Source: a virus
Lineage: Duplodnaviria; Caudoviricetes
Reading direction: 5' to 3' (one strand)
IMG/VR virus record: IMGVR_UViG_3300045996_001187
Coordinates: 1-56,492 of that record
Length of the DNA stretch: 56,492 nt
Under the pieces are notes generated by a model. That model saw only the letters and a list, made by a program, of their open reading frames with translations, was not told the DNA's origin and did no database searches. Of the stretch, positions 17,673 through 26,963 are shown piece by piece (positions within the stretch are counted from its first letter, which is position 1; each line of letters begins with the position of its first letter). A program made the position numbers and the translations under genes.

Positions 17673-18226
17673 ATAAGGGACTCGTTTTCGTTCGAGATAA
17701 GAGCGAACAGGTTGGCACACAGCCCCATAGTTCCAGGCTCCTCCACGTACTCGCGAGCGATAGCGTCGTCCTCGAAGTAGGGAGTCGAGTCGTCGGGACC
17801 AGAAACGACTGCTGCGCGCATCATTGCCACCATGATCGCAGTCATGACTTCGGGATTCTTGAGTTCGAAGGGCTGGCCATTGCAAAGTTCGCTGGCAGCA
17901 TGGGCCGCTTCAACTGCGTGGGGTAAATCAAGCCTGAGAATATACCACTTTTCGCCGCCCAGGTCATGCTCGACAATATGGCTTCCGCGCCGGACCTTGA
18001 TCTCTTCAAGCCGGGCACGTGCGGCCGATTGCTCGGCCATAGTCTCTTCCGCCACTTTCGCCGGATTCGGATACGTAGCTTGCTTGCCATCCGGCCCCGT
18101 AACAGTCGTTGTGCCGTCCGGGTTCTGCACGAAATTAACACGCGGCTTATCCGTCTGCTTTTCTTCCGCCGCTTTCTCTGCGGCGTCATCATGGTACACA
18201 CTGACGAAGTTTGAAACGTCTACCAT
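17621..18226 (-). CDS. Tail assembly chaperone (gpG-like)
   Basis: Lies between tail tube and TMP; acidic; slippery site near the 3' end. Confidence 0.75.
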   Translation of the reverse strand: MVDVSNFVSVYHDDAAEKAAEEKQTDKPRVNFVQNPDGTTTVTGPDGKQATYPNPAKVAEETMAEQSAARARLEEIKVRRGSHIVEHDLGGEKWYILRLDLPHAVEAAHAASELCNGQPFELKNPEVMTAIMVAMMRAAVVSGPDDSTPYFEDDAIAREYVEEPGTMGLCANLFALISNENESLIPLLQGAMGRTTTADAS

Positions 18227-18303
18227 ACATCCCCCTGTTAGTTGTTTTGACCGTCAGCCGCTTTGCGCACAGGGGAGCACGCCGCGCTCTGACGGTCGCC
18301 TGG

Positions 18304-18687
18304 TTAGTTGAGCATTCCGCTCTCAAAGTCGAATGACCATTTAGCCGGTCCGGCGCTAAAATCGTATTTGGTATTAGTAACTTTGATGTTGGTGTATGCC
18401 GTGAGAGAAGGCAGAACAGTGTCGGCACCGACCGCCACAGCAAGGTCGCTGATAGTGTCGCCAACGTCCGGCAATGTGCCGCCATTGTTCACACTGCCCA
18501 GCCATCCGGAGATGGTGCCGGTCAGCTTCTTATTGGTAAACACGCCCTCTTCAAGCGTCGAATCGGATGCGGTGGCATCGACCTTATTCTTGGTCAGGTT
18601 GAGGCTAATCGTGTCCCAGATGGTTTTGCCGCCGTCCGCCGTTACTGCGAGCTGCGGCCCAATGATTCTAGGTGTGGTAAGCGCCAT
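18304..18687 (-). CDS. Tail tube (major tail) protein
   Basis: VDATASDS...LTGTISGW...WSFDFE tube-like pattern; position. Confidence 0.7.
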   Translation of the reverse strand: MALTTPRIIGPQLAVTADGGKTIWDTISLNLTKNKVDATASDSTLEEGVFTNKKLTGTISGWLGSVNNGGTLPDVGDTISDLAVAVGADTVLPSLTAYTNIKVTNTKYDFSAGPAKWSFDFESGMLN

Positions 18688-18941
18688 TATTTATCCTCCG
18701 GAACAAATGTAGTGGAAGGCGCACCCGGAGCCACCGGCACCTCTGCCTTCTTTCCCTTGCTCTCTTTGGCTTTCTCGCGCTCCTCGATAACTTCGTCGGG
18801 AAACGTGATTCGCCCCTCGCGCTTCACATCGTCACCTCGCATTTTGTCTGCGGTTTCCTCACTGACAAAATACTCGCCGGCATCGTACTGCTTGCCGTTG
18901 ATTTCGACGTGGCGCTTTATGTTGACCTTGACTTTCGCCAT
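18687..18941 (-). CDS. Small virion-region protein
   Basis: AGGAG SD; INGKQYDAGE motif. Confidence 0.6.
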   Translation of the reverse strand: MAKVKVNIKRHVEINGKQYDAGEYFVSEETADKMRGDDVKREGRITFPDEVIEEREKAKESKGKKAEVPVAPGAPSTTFVPEDK

Positions 18942-18951
18942 TGGATTGCTC

Positions 18952-19428
18952 CTAATATGCTGATTCATAGCGGAAGGTGATACGGTGCGTCACAATCTGC
19001 GTCACCCCGCCGCCTTCCTTGGTTTCGATGGACTTGCGCGGCTCATCGATTTCGATGCCCTGCACGCCCAGAGCGTTGAATGTGTCGTAGTTGGAGCGGA
19101 TATAGGCGGTCAGCTTGCGAGACAGCAGCGTATGGCTGCCGATGTCGTTTGCTATGCCCTTCCGCGCTCCGTTGAAATCCGTCGCCTTGCATTGCGCCAC
19201 TACCCTCACTTCCTGCGCCCCCCACGTCTCCGAATATTCGGATGCTTCGGGAACTAGCAGGACATAGGGCTTTCCAACGCGCTCGGCTTCGGTCGGCTCG
19301 TCGTCGGACAGGATGCAGTCAGCGCCGCCGTAAGGCTCGAAATCACTCAAGTAGTCATCGTTCAAGGCTTCTTGAAAGCGATCCCGAATGATCGTGAGTC
19401 CTGCATGGGCATCAATGAGAGTCGCCAT
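18952..19428 (-). CDS. Tail terminator / completion protein (putative)
   Basis: Position; PYVLL...ITFRY pattern. Confidence 0.5.
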   Translation of the reverse strand: MATLIDAHAGLTIIRDRFQEALNDDYLSDFEPYGGADCILSDDEPTEAERVGKPYVLLVPEASEYSETWGAQEVRVVAQCKATDFNGARKGIANDIGSHTLLSRKLTAYIRSNYDTFNALGVQGIEIDEPRKSIETKEGGGVTQIVTHRITFRYESAY

Positions 19429-19847
19429 TATCGTATCGCTTCCCTAATCGCCTGCTCCATAATCGCCTTGATCTGGGGCTCGATGATACGCGCCGCATTC
19501 TCCGATGCCTTATTGGTCCGGTTGATGCCATCAGGGCCAGTCGGCAGGTCTGCCAAGCGACCCTCATACACTTCCGCCGGTCCTGTCGTCACGATGGTGC
19601 GCTCCAGTTCTCCGGTGCGCCGCACTTCCTGCCCCCGCAACCAATTGCCCCGCCTGCGCCACCTTGGACGGCCTGTAGATGAACGCGGGATGGAGCGCCG
19701 GTACGTGACCTCAACCTGCTTCACCTTCTGGTTGAGAGTCACATCGCCGCCCCGGTCCAGCCCGTTCTCAGCGCCTTGTCTGATACGGTCCGGCAGGGCA
19801 TTCAGGTCACGGGTAAAGGCGGCGGAGTCGAATTGAATCTCAATCAT
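19428..19847 (-). CDS. Neck protein, HK97 gp10-like
   Basis: RRRGNWLRG resembles the TG.LR motif; position. Confidence 0.55.
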   Translation of the reverse strand: MIEIQFDSAAFTRDLNALPDRIRQGAENGLDRGGDVTLNQKVKQVEVTYRRSIPRSSTGRPRWRRRGNWLRGQEVRRTGELERTIVTTGPAEVYEGRLADLPTGPDGINRTNKASENAARIIEPQIKAIMEQAIREAIR

Positions 19848-19850
19848 GGA

Positions 19851-20333
19851 TTAGCCCCACATCGACCGCACCGTGACGGCCTGAGACCTTGGCACACTGT
19901 CGTCTGTCTCTTGCCGCGTCACCTCGGCAATGCTGCTTTTCAGCAGCTTCAGGTACTCCGCACCCTCTTCCCGATACTCTGCCGCCCGTTCCCAGTAGTC
20001 CCGGTTGAGGTAGCCGGCGCGACCGTATAGCGAAGCAAGTGCGTAGGCTTCTACGGCCTGCCTTGCCAGCGATTTTTGCCGGTCCACCTTCTCCGTCCGT
20101 TTCTCCTCGCTCCAGTCCGGGTAGCGCGCCGCCATGACTTCATCGGACGGCGGCCACAGGATTTCACCAGATACATCACTAATGGCTTCCGCCACCACGT
20201 CGTATTTGTCGGTGATAATGCCCTGCACCGCCGTCACGACATCGCTTTCGGTGAACAGGGTGTTAAGCTGTTCGGGCCGGAGCTTCGATGTCGTGGTGAT
20301 GGCGGCTGCCGTAGGGAGTTCAAAGAGAGGCAT
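19851..20333 (-). CDS. Head-tail adaptor (putative)
   Basis: Helical, 160 aa, downstream of the capsid genes. Confidence 0.55.
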   Translation of the reverse strand: MPLFELPTAAAITTTSKLRPEQLNTLFTESDVVTAVQGIITDKYDVVAEAISDVSGEILWPPSDEVMAARYPDWSEEKRTEKVDRQKSLARQAVEAYALASLYGRAGYLNRDYWERAAEYREEGAEYLKLLKSSIAEVTRQETDDSVPRSQAVTVRSMWG

Positions 20334-20341
20334 GGGGATGG

Positions 20342-20647
20342 TTAGGAATCTGCGCCGGGGGTGCCGTCATTGTCCTGCGCATCTTCATCGCCTTGCGAAT
20401 CGTCTGCGGCCTTGGACTTGCCACGGGCCGGACGGCGGAGAGCGTCTGCGGCTTTGGACTCGGTATCGGTAGCATCTTCGTCCGATGCTTCCTTGATACC
20501 CCAGTCGCCTTCCAGTGAGCCATTTTTGACGAAGCGGGCGATATCAGCCTTCGAGTATCGCTTTGCCACTTCATCCTCCTGGCCCGACTTATATCTTTTG
20601 TCGCCGTCCCGAATGGCTCGCACGATATTCCGATTGTCTCTTGCCAT
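20342..20647 (-). CDS. Small head-region protein with an acidic tail
   Basis: AAGGA SD; position. Confidence 0.6.
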   Translation of the reverse strand: MARDNRNIVRAIRDGDKRYKSGQEDEVAKRYSKADIARFVKNGSLEGDWGIKEASDEDATDTESKAADALRRPARGKSKAADDSQGDEDAQDNDGTPGADS

Positions 20648-20658
20648 GATGGTGTCCT

Positions 20659-21096
20659 TTAGGTGATGGTCGTGTGGTAGATAACCAGTTCGGTTTCGCC
20701 GGCTACGCGGTCAATCCAGATTCCGGCGGCGGCTGCGATGCCGTTTGGGCCGAACCAGCGGGTTACAGCGCCATCAGCGGCGATTTCTTCGGCGGCGAGC
20801 ATACCGCCCGCGTTCGATGTGCCGTTGCGGATAATTACGGTCGCAACCGCAGCAGAGGATGCGCTTTCATGGATGCTGTAACCCAAAAGGCGGAGCCCTG
20901 TGCCTGCTGCCACGCCCGCCACATCGGTTGTGCCGGAAGCAACTGCGGTCGCCGTAGCCGCGACATGCGGGATGCTGAAATCGGTGCCGTCTGCATTTTT
21001 GCCGGATGCAATGGTCGCCAGAGATTTGGCGGTATTGCTATGGAAGTTGGTAGAGTTACCGGCGGTTTTAAGACTGTCGTATGTTGCTCTTGCCAT
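20659..21096 (-). CDS. Head-associated beta-rich protein (decoration/fibre-like)
   Basis: AAGGAG SD; immediately after the MCP. Confidence 0.55.
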   Translation of the reverse strand: MARATYDSLKTAGNSTNFHSNTAKSLATIASGKNADGTDFSIPHVAATATAVASGTTDVAGVAAGTGLRLLGYSIHESASSAAVATVIIRNGTSNAGGMLAAEEIAADGAVTRWFGPNGIAAAAGIWIDRVAGETELVIYHTTIT

Positions 21097-21107
21097 TAGT
21101 AACTCCT

Positions 21108-22160
21108 TTAAACTCCGGCATCGATGGTCCAGATAACAGACTTGTTCGGCACCGGCAGGGCGTTAAGCTGGCACTCGATGTCCAGCTGGCGGCCACCGTT
21201 GCTGGCTTCCATGTAAACCGTGTTGCCGTTCACGTCGATACCGGCGTCCCCGGCCGTGCGAGCGATGTCCATGGCGCGGACAACGGGCGCAAAGGCGGTA
21301 ACACCCACGCGGTTTCCAGCCGGAATCATCAGGACTTTTTCGGCCGGCAATACCTTGGTGCGTGTATAAGCCGTGCCGCCATCGTTGAAAATGTCCAGGC
21401 TGTTTTCGTTGACGAAGAATCGGAAAGCGCTTCCAATATCCTGGGTCAGGCGATCCTCAAGTTGGGTGCGGGTCATCTTGACGCCGTTGGCAAGGTCCGG
21501 CGCATCGGCCAGAATCGCGTTCAAGGTGGCGCGGCGCAGCATGACTCCCTCGGCTGCCCCAATGGTATCCAGACCTTCGATATACCAGGCCAAGAACTCG
21601 TCGTAAGCGTTCAGGCTAGCATCGTTCCAGGCGGTACCTGCGGTCTGCTGCTGGCCCGAATCGATACCGAACGAGGTGGAAAGCGTACGACCCGCTTCCG
21701 GCTCCTTCTGCACGATAGAGCCGGTCGACCAGATGGTGTAGGCGTCAACTTCGATACGGCGATAATTCGCCATTGCGAGCGACTCCACGCGGTCCTGCAA
21801 ACGGACACCCATCTCGTTTTGAATGATGGACTCGTTGCCCCGCGTCTCTTCCGTGATCTTATTCATTTCCTGCTCGGAAAGAGCGTCACGGGTTTCGATG
21901 GGGATAATCGAGTAATCGTTCTTGGCGGGTGTCTGCAAGGGCACCAGGCGGCCACGAGCGTTCCACTCGCGACGGTCAGCAACCGGGCGAAAGTCGATGG
22001 TCGACAATTCGCTGATTTTGGTGCTGGTGACGTTCTTACGCGGGAAAAACACATCCCACGACAGCCGGCCGGTATCGTTGAGCGACACCGCCTGCGCGCG
22101 CACCGTCAGGGCGGCGGCGGAAATTTCGTTTTGTGCGACAAGCCATGAATATGTAGGCAT
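21108..22160 (-). CDS. Major capsid protein (lambda gpE-like layout)
   Basis: 350 aa after the scaffold and decoration genes; GGAGG SD. Confidence 0.85.
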   Translation of the reverse strand: MPTYSWLVAQNEISAAALTVRAQAVSLNDTGRLSWDVFFPRKNVTSTKISELSTIDFRPVADRREWNARGRLVPLQTPAKNDYSIIPIETRDALSEQEMNKITEETRGNESIIQNEMGVRLQDRVESLAMANYRRIEVDAYTIWSTGSIVQKEPEAGRTLSTSFGIDSGQQQTAGTAWNDASLNAYDEFLAWYIEGLDTIGAAEGVMLRRATLNAILADAPDLANGVKMTRTQLEDRLTQDIGSAFRFFVNENSLDIFNDGGTAYTRTKVLPAEKVLMIPAGNRVGVTAFAPVVRAMDIARTAGDAGIDVNGNTVYMEASNGGRQLDIECQLNALPVPNKSVIWTIDAGV

Positions 22161-22191
22161 TGTTTGTAATCCTCCGTAGCGTTCCGCCCTC

Positions 22192-22635
22192 TTAGGTGGT
22201 GGTCAGAACGATGTGCGAACCCGCAGCCGCGAAAGCGGCGACTTCGTTTGCGTGCAGAGCGCGTCCCAGGTTGTCCTCCAGGATGTCGCGGTTGATGACG
22301 CCGTGCGTTGCGAGCGCGATGAACGGGTCGATTGTGACGGCCGCAAGAATGGCGTTGGTCACAGTCGGACTCGACGGCACGATCTGGGTGGCCTCAACCA
22401 CGCAACCATGGACGAATTCGTCCGCAGTGCCGTCCAGGGGCACCGCTGCACCGCTAACGAGCTTGAACGGAGTCCCCGGCTTCAAGTAGCCTTTAAGGTC
22501 CACCTGCGCTCCATACGCCCCGTCGATGAGCAAAGTGCTCACATCGACCTTGGCGTGCACCGTGTGGTCGATAGGGCCGATAAAGGGGCTTGCATAAACT
22601 GCATTCCCATCAGTTGATGTAACTGTAATTGGCAT
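22192..22635 (-). CDS. Head decoration protein
   Basis: Between scaffold and MCP; LKPGTP...ATHGVIN pattern. Confidence 0.7.
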   Translation of the reverse strand: MPITVTSTDGNAVYASPFIGPIDHTVHAKVDVSTLLIDGAYGAQVDLKGYLKPGTPFKLVSGAAVPLDGTADEFVHGCVVEATQIVPSSPTVTNAILAAVTIDPFIALATHGVINRDILEDNLGRALHANEVAAFAAAGSHIVLTTT

Positions 22636-22656
22636 TGTAGTGTTCTCCTGGCAAAG

Positions 22657-23379
22657 CTAGCTGATGCCCGCGCGTGACAGATCGCGGCCCTCTACGCTCT
22701 GCGCTTCCTGCTTTGCTTTGACTTCCTGCCGGATGGCGTCATAGGTGTTGGTCACTTTGCCCTCACCTACGCCCATCTTGGCCGCTCTGAGCCCGGTTTC
22801 CTGCTGCTGCGCCTTGGCAAGCGTCGGAAAGGCTTCATGGGCCCATTCAGAGAGCGGCTTGGTTTCGGTTTTACCGTCCGCCTGGCGGGTGATATACGGC
22901 ACCTTGACCGCCTTCCCGTCTTTGGTTTCGGTCTTGACCTCGTAGCTCACATCGTCCACACCTTTGCGGCTGGAGAAGTCCTCGAAGTCAATCCCGGCGG
23001 CCTCGCACGCTTCGCGCATGGCCTGAGAACGCTCCAGATTGGCAAGCTTGGTAGTTGCCTTCTCTGCGTCCTCGATTTGCTTCTTCACGGCTTTGGGTTC
23101 GCCCAATTCGGTGTAGGCTGTCCACTTCGCGGCATCTTCGCCGGTCAGAACGACCGCACCTTCGGGCGCTTGGTTTTTCTTGAGCTGGCGCTTATCCTCG
23201 CGGAGGTCGGCGTTCTCAGCTAAGAGCTGTGCGGCGAGCGCCATGGCATCGCCGTTCTTCTTGGCGAGTAGGTTTTGCAGGTTGCGCGTTTCCTTGTCGC
23301 CATCCCCTGCGCCACCGTCTCCCCCACCAGCGCCTTCTTCACCGAAAAACCATTGAATCCCAAATCTATCGCGTTGCAT
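22657..23379 (-). CDS. Capsid scaffolding protein
   Basis: IQWFFGEEGAGGG N-terminus; coiled coil; AAGGAG SD. Confidence 0.8.
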   Translation of the reverse strand: MQRDRFGIQWFFGEEGAGGGDGGAGDGDKETRNLQNLLAKKNGDAMALAAQLLAENADLREDKRQLKKNQAPEGAVVLTGEDAAKWTAYTELGEPKAVKKQIEDAEKATTKLANLERSQAMREACEAAGIDFEDFSSRKGVDDVSYEVKTETKDGKAVKVPYITRQADGKTETKPLSEWAHEAFPTLAKAQQQETGLRAAKMGVGEGKVTNTYDAIRQEVKAKQEAQSVEGRDLSRAGIS

Positions 23380-23424
23380 TGATGCTCCTTGAGCTATTGG
23401 CCGGACCTTGCCGGACGGGTTATA

Positions 23425-23459
23425 AAAACGAAAAAGCCCCACACCTCGCAGGGCTTTCG
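23425..23459 (-). terminator. Terminator-like hairpin upstream of the scaffold gene
   Basis: GAAAGCCCTGC/GTGGGGCTTTT stem then TCGTTTTT. Confidence 0.55.
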
Positions 23460-23691
23460 CGTCTGCGTGATATGGGGCGTAATTAGCGTGTGTCTGTGCT
23501 AAGTGGCCTGTATTTGGTTGTTAGGTGTGTTCAGGTGAAGGTATCGCACCTTCCTCACGCGTTATAGATTCATTTCGGTGGTACCGTCCTACTGTGAATC
23601 TCCTGGGCGTTCTCGCAAAGGTCTTTCAGTAGGAGCAAGCCCTACCTATCCTCTTTGCGCGCTAATCTATCTCGCTACCCTGAACATGTGG

Positions 23692-23901
23692 TTACTTAGA
23701 AAAAACCTTCTCAGCCGCCTCATTAAAAACAGTGTCGGTCGTCGGTTCACCATCCCTGTAATAGAATGTTACCGACTTAACTCGAACTGGAGCGTAATCA
23801 CTCGCAACTCCGAGAAAAGTGCCCTCGACCGTTGCAGTTGGTATCTGAGTCACACAAGAATACCTCCTGCCATCAGTACCGGTGAATGCCATTGATTTCA
23901 T
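23692..23901 (-). CDS. Small hypothetical protein inserted in the head module
   Basis: ATGA coupling to the upstream small gene. Confidence 0.55.
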   Translation of the reverse strand: MKSMAFTGTDGRRYSCVTQIPTATVEGTFLGVASDYAPVRVKSVTFYYRDGEPTTDTVFNEAAEKVFSK

Positions 23902-24059
23902 ACCTTCACCTTAGCCTGTCTCAACTCCACCTGCAACTGCTGAGCTGCCAACCTCTGACGCTCCGGGTCCGATGTTCCGGCCACTCGCCCCGCGTAGGAC
24001 GAAAGCGCCTGCCACATCATGCTCACGTTTATGGTTGTCGATTTCTCGTTGCTTGCCAT
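23898..24059 (-). CDS. Small hypothetical protein, probably leaderless
   Basis: GGGTATACT 4 nt before the ATG. Confidence 0.5.
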   Translation of the reverse strand: MASNEKSTTINVSMMWQALSSYAGRVAGTSDPERQRLAAQQLQVELRQAKVKV

Positions 24060-24106
24060 ATCCAGTATACCCGAAAACAAATAGCTACTAACAGGGAAGG
24101 CGATTA

Positions 24107-24907
24107 TTAGCCTTTCTCACTCATCCCAATACAATTACAGCCGTTCCCGCAAGCACACTCCCCAATCTCCACAAACTCGTCGCGGCTTACCTTGCCCATT
24201 GCAGCCGCCTCCACGCATCCAATACCGCCCTTACCGGTGTGGCAATGGTCAGAGGCACCCAGAACGCGCCAGAACAGGTCGTGCCCCAACTTCTCCTGCC
24301 TGTCATCGAGCCGAGTATTCTCGTAAACCGAACGAAACGAATTGGTATATGAACCTGCATGTTGCAGCAAGCGCCCACTACTCAAATCGCCACCATACTC
24401 ACCAGTTAAAATCCGCTGCTCGAACCCTGCACGATATTCCAACTGCACCTGTGCCCGCCCTGCTAGCGCCCGCCAGTTGTCCGGCGTCATTTCATCGAAC
24501 CCGCCATGCCCCAGCACCCCTGCCGCTCCCACGCCACGCCTGATTCCTGAATCAAACAGGTCTCGCCATGTGCTCAGCGCCGCCGGTTCGACACGCTTGG
24601 CCATCTGTGCGGCTTGCTGAAGCTTCAGGGTCGCATCCAACATCTGAAACCGCGCATCGAGGCTGATGGCATTTACAACTTGCTTGACTGTCGCAGGTGG
24701 CACCGGTGTGCCCCGAAACTCAAACGCCAACACCTGCCGATTCCAACTAAATCCGTTCCGATGCGTCCACAGATTGCGATAGAGCGCCATATCGACGCTT
24801 CGGGTGCGCTCGCCCCGCTGATAGCGAAACAAGGTGCGAGAGGACGCCACGAAGGCCACTATGGCCTTTATCTCGGATGGGGTGTAGTCTTCGGGTGAGT
24901 TAGCCAT
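24107..24907 (-). CDS. Minor head protein (MuF/SPP1 gp7-like)
   Basis: Downstream of the portal; C-terminal DHC...C...CGNGCNC. Confidence 0.65.
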   Translation of the reverse strand: MANSPEDYTPSEIKAIVAFVASSRTLFRYQRGERTRSVDMALYRNLWTHRNGFSWNRQVLAFEFRGTPVPPATVKQVVNAISLDARFQMLDATLKLQQAAQMAKRVEPAALSTWRDLFDSGIRRGVGAAGVLGHGGFDEMTPDNWRALAGRAQVQLEYRAGFEQRILTGEYGGDLSSGRLLQHAGSYTNSFRSVYENTRLDDRQEKLGHDLFWRVLGASDHCHTGKGGIGCVEAAAMGKVSRDEFVEIGECACGNGCNCIGMSEKG

Positions 24908-25234
24908 TTACGCAGGTTTTACGAGGCGATACGGCGCAGAGTCTCCTTCAGGATCGCCGACCTTCTCTAGTTCAATCTCTCCGAACCACGCTCGGTCAGG
25001 AAATATCCCCGCTGGTGAATCACACCACTCGTGCTTGGTCATAAAACGAAGAAAACGAATGTTAACTTTCACATTCTTGCTCTCATCTCCGAACCATTGA
25101 GCGCCGGTCGGTAGATTGACGATAGTAGCTTCACCCGTTTCTAGTGCTTTCTTTACCGATGGGTGATGATTCAGTGCCCACTCTCGGCACTTCTCCGGTG
25201 TCGACAAGTCGTTAACTGTGATTCTCTCACTCAT
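24908..25234 (-). CDS. Hypothetical protein
   Basis: Coupled ORF between portal and MuF-like genes. Confidence 0.55.
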   Translation of the reverse strand: MSERITVNDLSTPEKCREWALNHHPSVKKALETGEATIVNLPTGAQWFGDESKNVKVNIRFLRFMTKHEWCDSPAGIFPDRAWFGEIELEKVGDPEGDSAPYRLVKPA

Positions 25235-26957
25235 CTTCGCCCCCTATAACTCCAACCTTCGCCCCCACAACCCGCCGGGCCGTCGCTTCGTCACTCCCCT
25301 GCTCGACCAACAAGGCCACAACCTCGTCATCGGTCATCACCGGGGCCAGGCCGTCAGTCTGCTTGGGCAGCTTTGCAAGTTGCTTGGCAGTCTTCTTATC
25401 GAATCCCGCCACCTCATACGCCGTCTGAGGTTCGGTGCCGTTGAGAATGAACTGGCCCGCCAGTGTCGCGCGCTCCATAAGAACCGCCAGGTTGTTCTCG
25501 GCCTCGCGCTCCAGCTTATTCAACTCACCAGACACATCCTCGATGCCCTGCAACACCATCGCAGTTTCTTTGCTCACCTGACCGGCGGCAGCAAGCTCGA
25601 TTAGCGCGCGCCGCTCCTCGGGCGTCAATGGTCCGGCATCGGGCTTGACATCGACCCGCACCCGATAGTTCTTCTTGAACCGCTCCAGGAGTCCCGTGTC
25701 GTTAGCAGTCTTGCACGCCATGCAAATAACTGTCGTTAACAAGTCGCGCATCACCTTCTCGACCTTCGGCTTGGTTTTGAGAAGGGAGTCCGCAAACTCG
25801 CCGCGCGCCTGCACCCTCGAAACAGCGGAAACCGTTGCATCGCCACTAATCAGCACGTGGAGCTGATTACACGATTCTAAAAGCTGGAACTTCATGTGCA
25901 TAATATCGGCGCGTATCGGCGAAGAGTCGACGGGCTCTTCGATAACGAGCTGCCCCGCGCCCGGCCGCCGGTTTCCATCCTTATCGACATAGCTGGTGGA
26001 CTGCCACTGCATGATGGAAGACGGCCCAACGGTCGGGTCGGTCGGCGCTCCCGTATCCGGGTCGGTGGCGCGTTCGATGTTGACGGTATGGCGGGCTCTG
26101 AAACCGGCGTAAGCGGCATTCTTGGGCAGGATGAAGTTCAGGAAGTTCAATTTGCGCTGCAGGGCGATTTGCGGCTTGCCGATGAGCGGCTTATTGGTTG
26201 TCGCCTGATAAATCCATATCCGGCCATTACAGTCGTCCCGACGCTCGCTATCTTCCTCGATGACATCGTCTACAAAGGTTCTAAAGACTGTCTGCCCATC
26301 GGTGTCAACGAATGTCACATCGGCCTTACTCACCGTCTTGGTGCCGGTATCTTCAGCATAGAGATAGATCCCGTAAGGCTTCATCGATCCCTTATCGACA
26401 TACACCCCAGCGGCTTCCCATGAGGGCGCTTCGAAGTAGAAGTAATCGACAGCCTTCCGCACATCGCTTGCAGTGAGGATGCCGGTATCCGGGATGGTGT
26501 CAGGCGGGATTAGGAAACGAAGCACACCGCGGCCGGAACAGTAGTTGGTCACATAGTCATACATGACGCTCTGGCCATCGTTATTGTCATAGAACGCCCC
26601 CAGCGCCTCGTTAAGAATAGCCAGGTCGCTTTCCTCCTCAGCGCTCAACTTCTGCCCCTCCTTGAGTTCCCGATTCAGTTCCACTTCGAACGCCATTTCG
26701 CGGCCAATCACGCCGGTCACGTGCCGGTCGGTGATTTCCTCGATAAGTGGGATGGGTACTTGGTCCTTTTCAAGACTGACCAGCGTTGGGCCATAGCCTT
26801 CCATGTCGGTTGGAATGGCTGGCCCGCCCCACTGCGTCCCGCCTTGCCAGTGGTCGCCCTCCCCGAACCTGCGACTCACAACCATAGTTGGGCGGTCGGC
26901 ATCGAGAGCGTCCACGAGAGCTTTTGCGTCTGAGTATTTGGTGATTTCGGTAGCCAT
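25227..26957 (-). CDS. Portal protein
   Basis: 576 aa directly after TerL; SGDATVSAVSR and VSKETAM portal-like motifs. Confidence 0.85.
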   Translation of the reverse strand: MATEITKYSDAKALVDALDADRPTMVVSRRFGEGDHWQGGTQWGGPAIPTDMEGYGPTLVSLEKDQVPIPLIEEITDRHVTGVIGREMAFEVELNRELKEGQKLSAEEESDLAILNEALGAFYDNNDGQSVMYDYVTNYCSGRGVLRFLIPPDTIPDTGILTASDVRKAVDYFYFEAPSWEAAGVYVDKGSMKPYGIYLYAEDTGTKTVSKADVTFVDTDGQTVFRTFVDDVIEEDSERRDDCNGRIWIYQATTNKPLIGKPQIALQRKLNFLNFILPKNAAYAGFRARHTVNIERATDPDTGAPTDPTVGPSSIMQWQSTSYVDKDGNRRPGAGQLVIEEPVDSSPIRADIMHMKFQLLESCNQLHVLISGDATVSAVSRVQARGEFADSLLKTKPKVEKVMRDLLTTVICMACKTANDTGLLERFKKNYRVRVDVKPDAGPLTPEERRALIELAAAGQVSKETAMVLQGIEDVSGELNKLEREAENNLAVLMERATLAGQFILNGTEPQTAYEVAGFDKKTAKQLAKLPKQTDGLAPVMTDDEVVALLVEQGSDEATARRVVGAKVGVIGGEDE

Positions 26958-26963
26958 GGTTAA

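Noticed and set aside
21081-22148. Long + strand ORF (355 aa) and similar antisense ORFs across the structural region
   Set aside because: Shadow frames of GC-rich minus-strand genes with no motifs or SD
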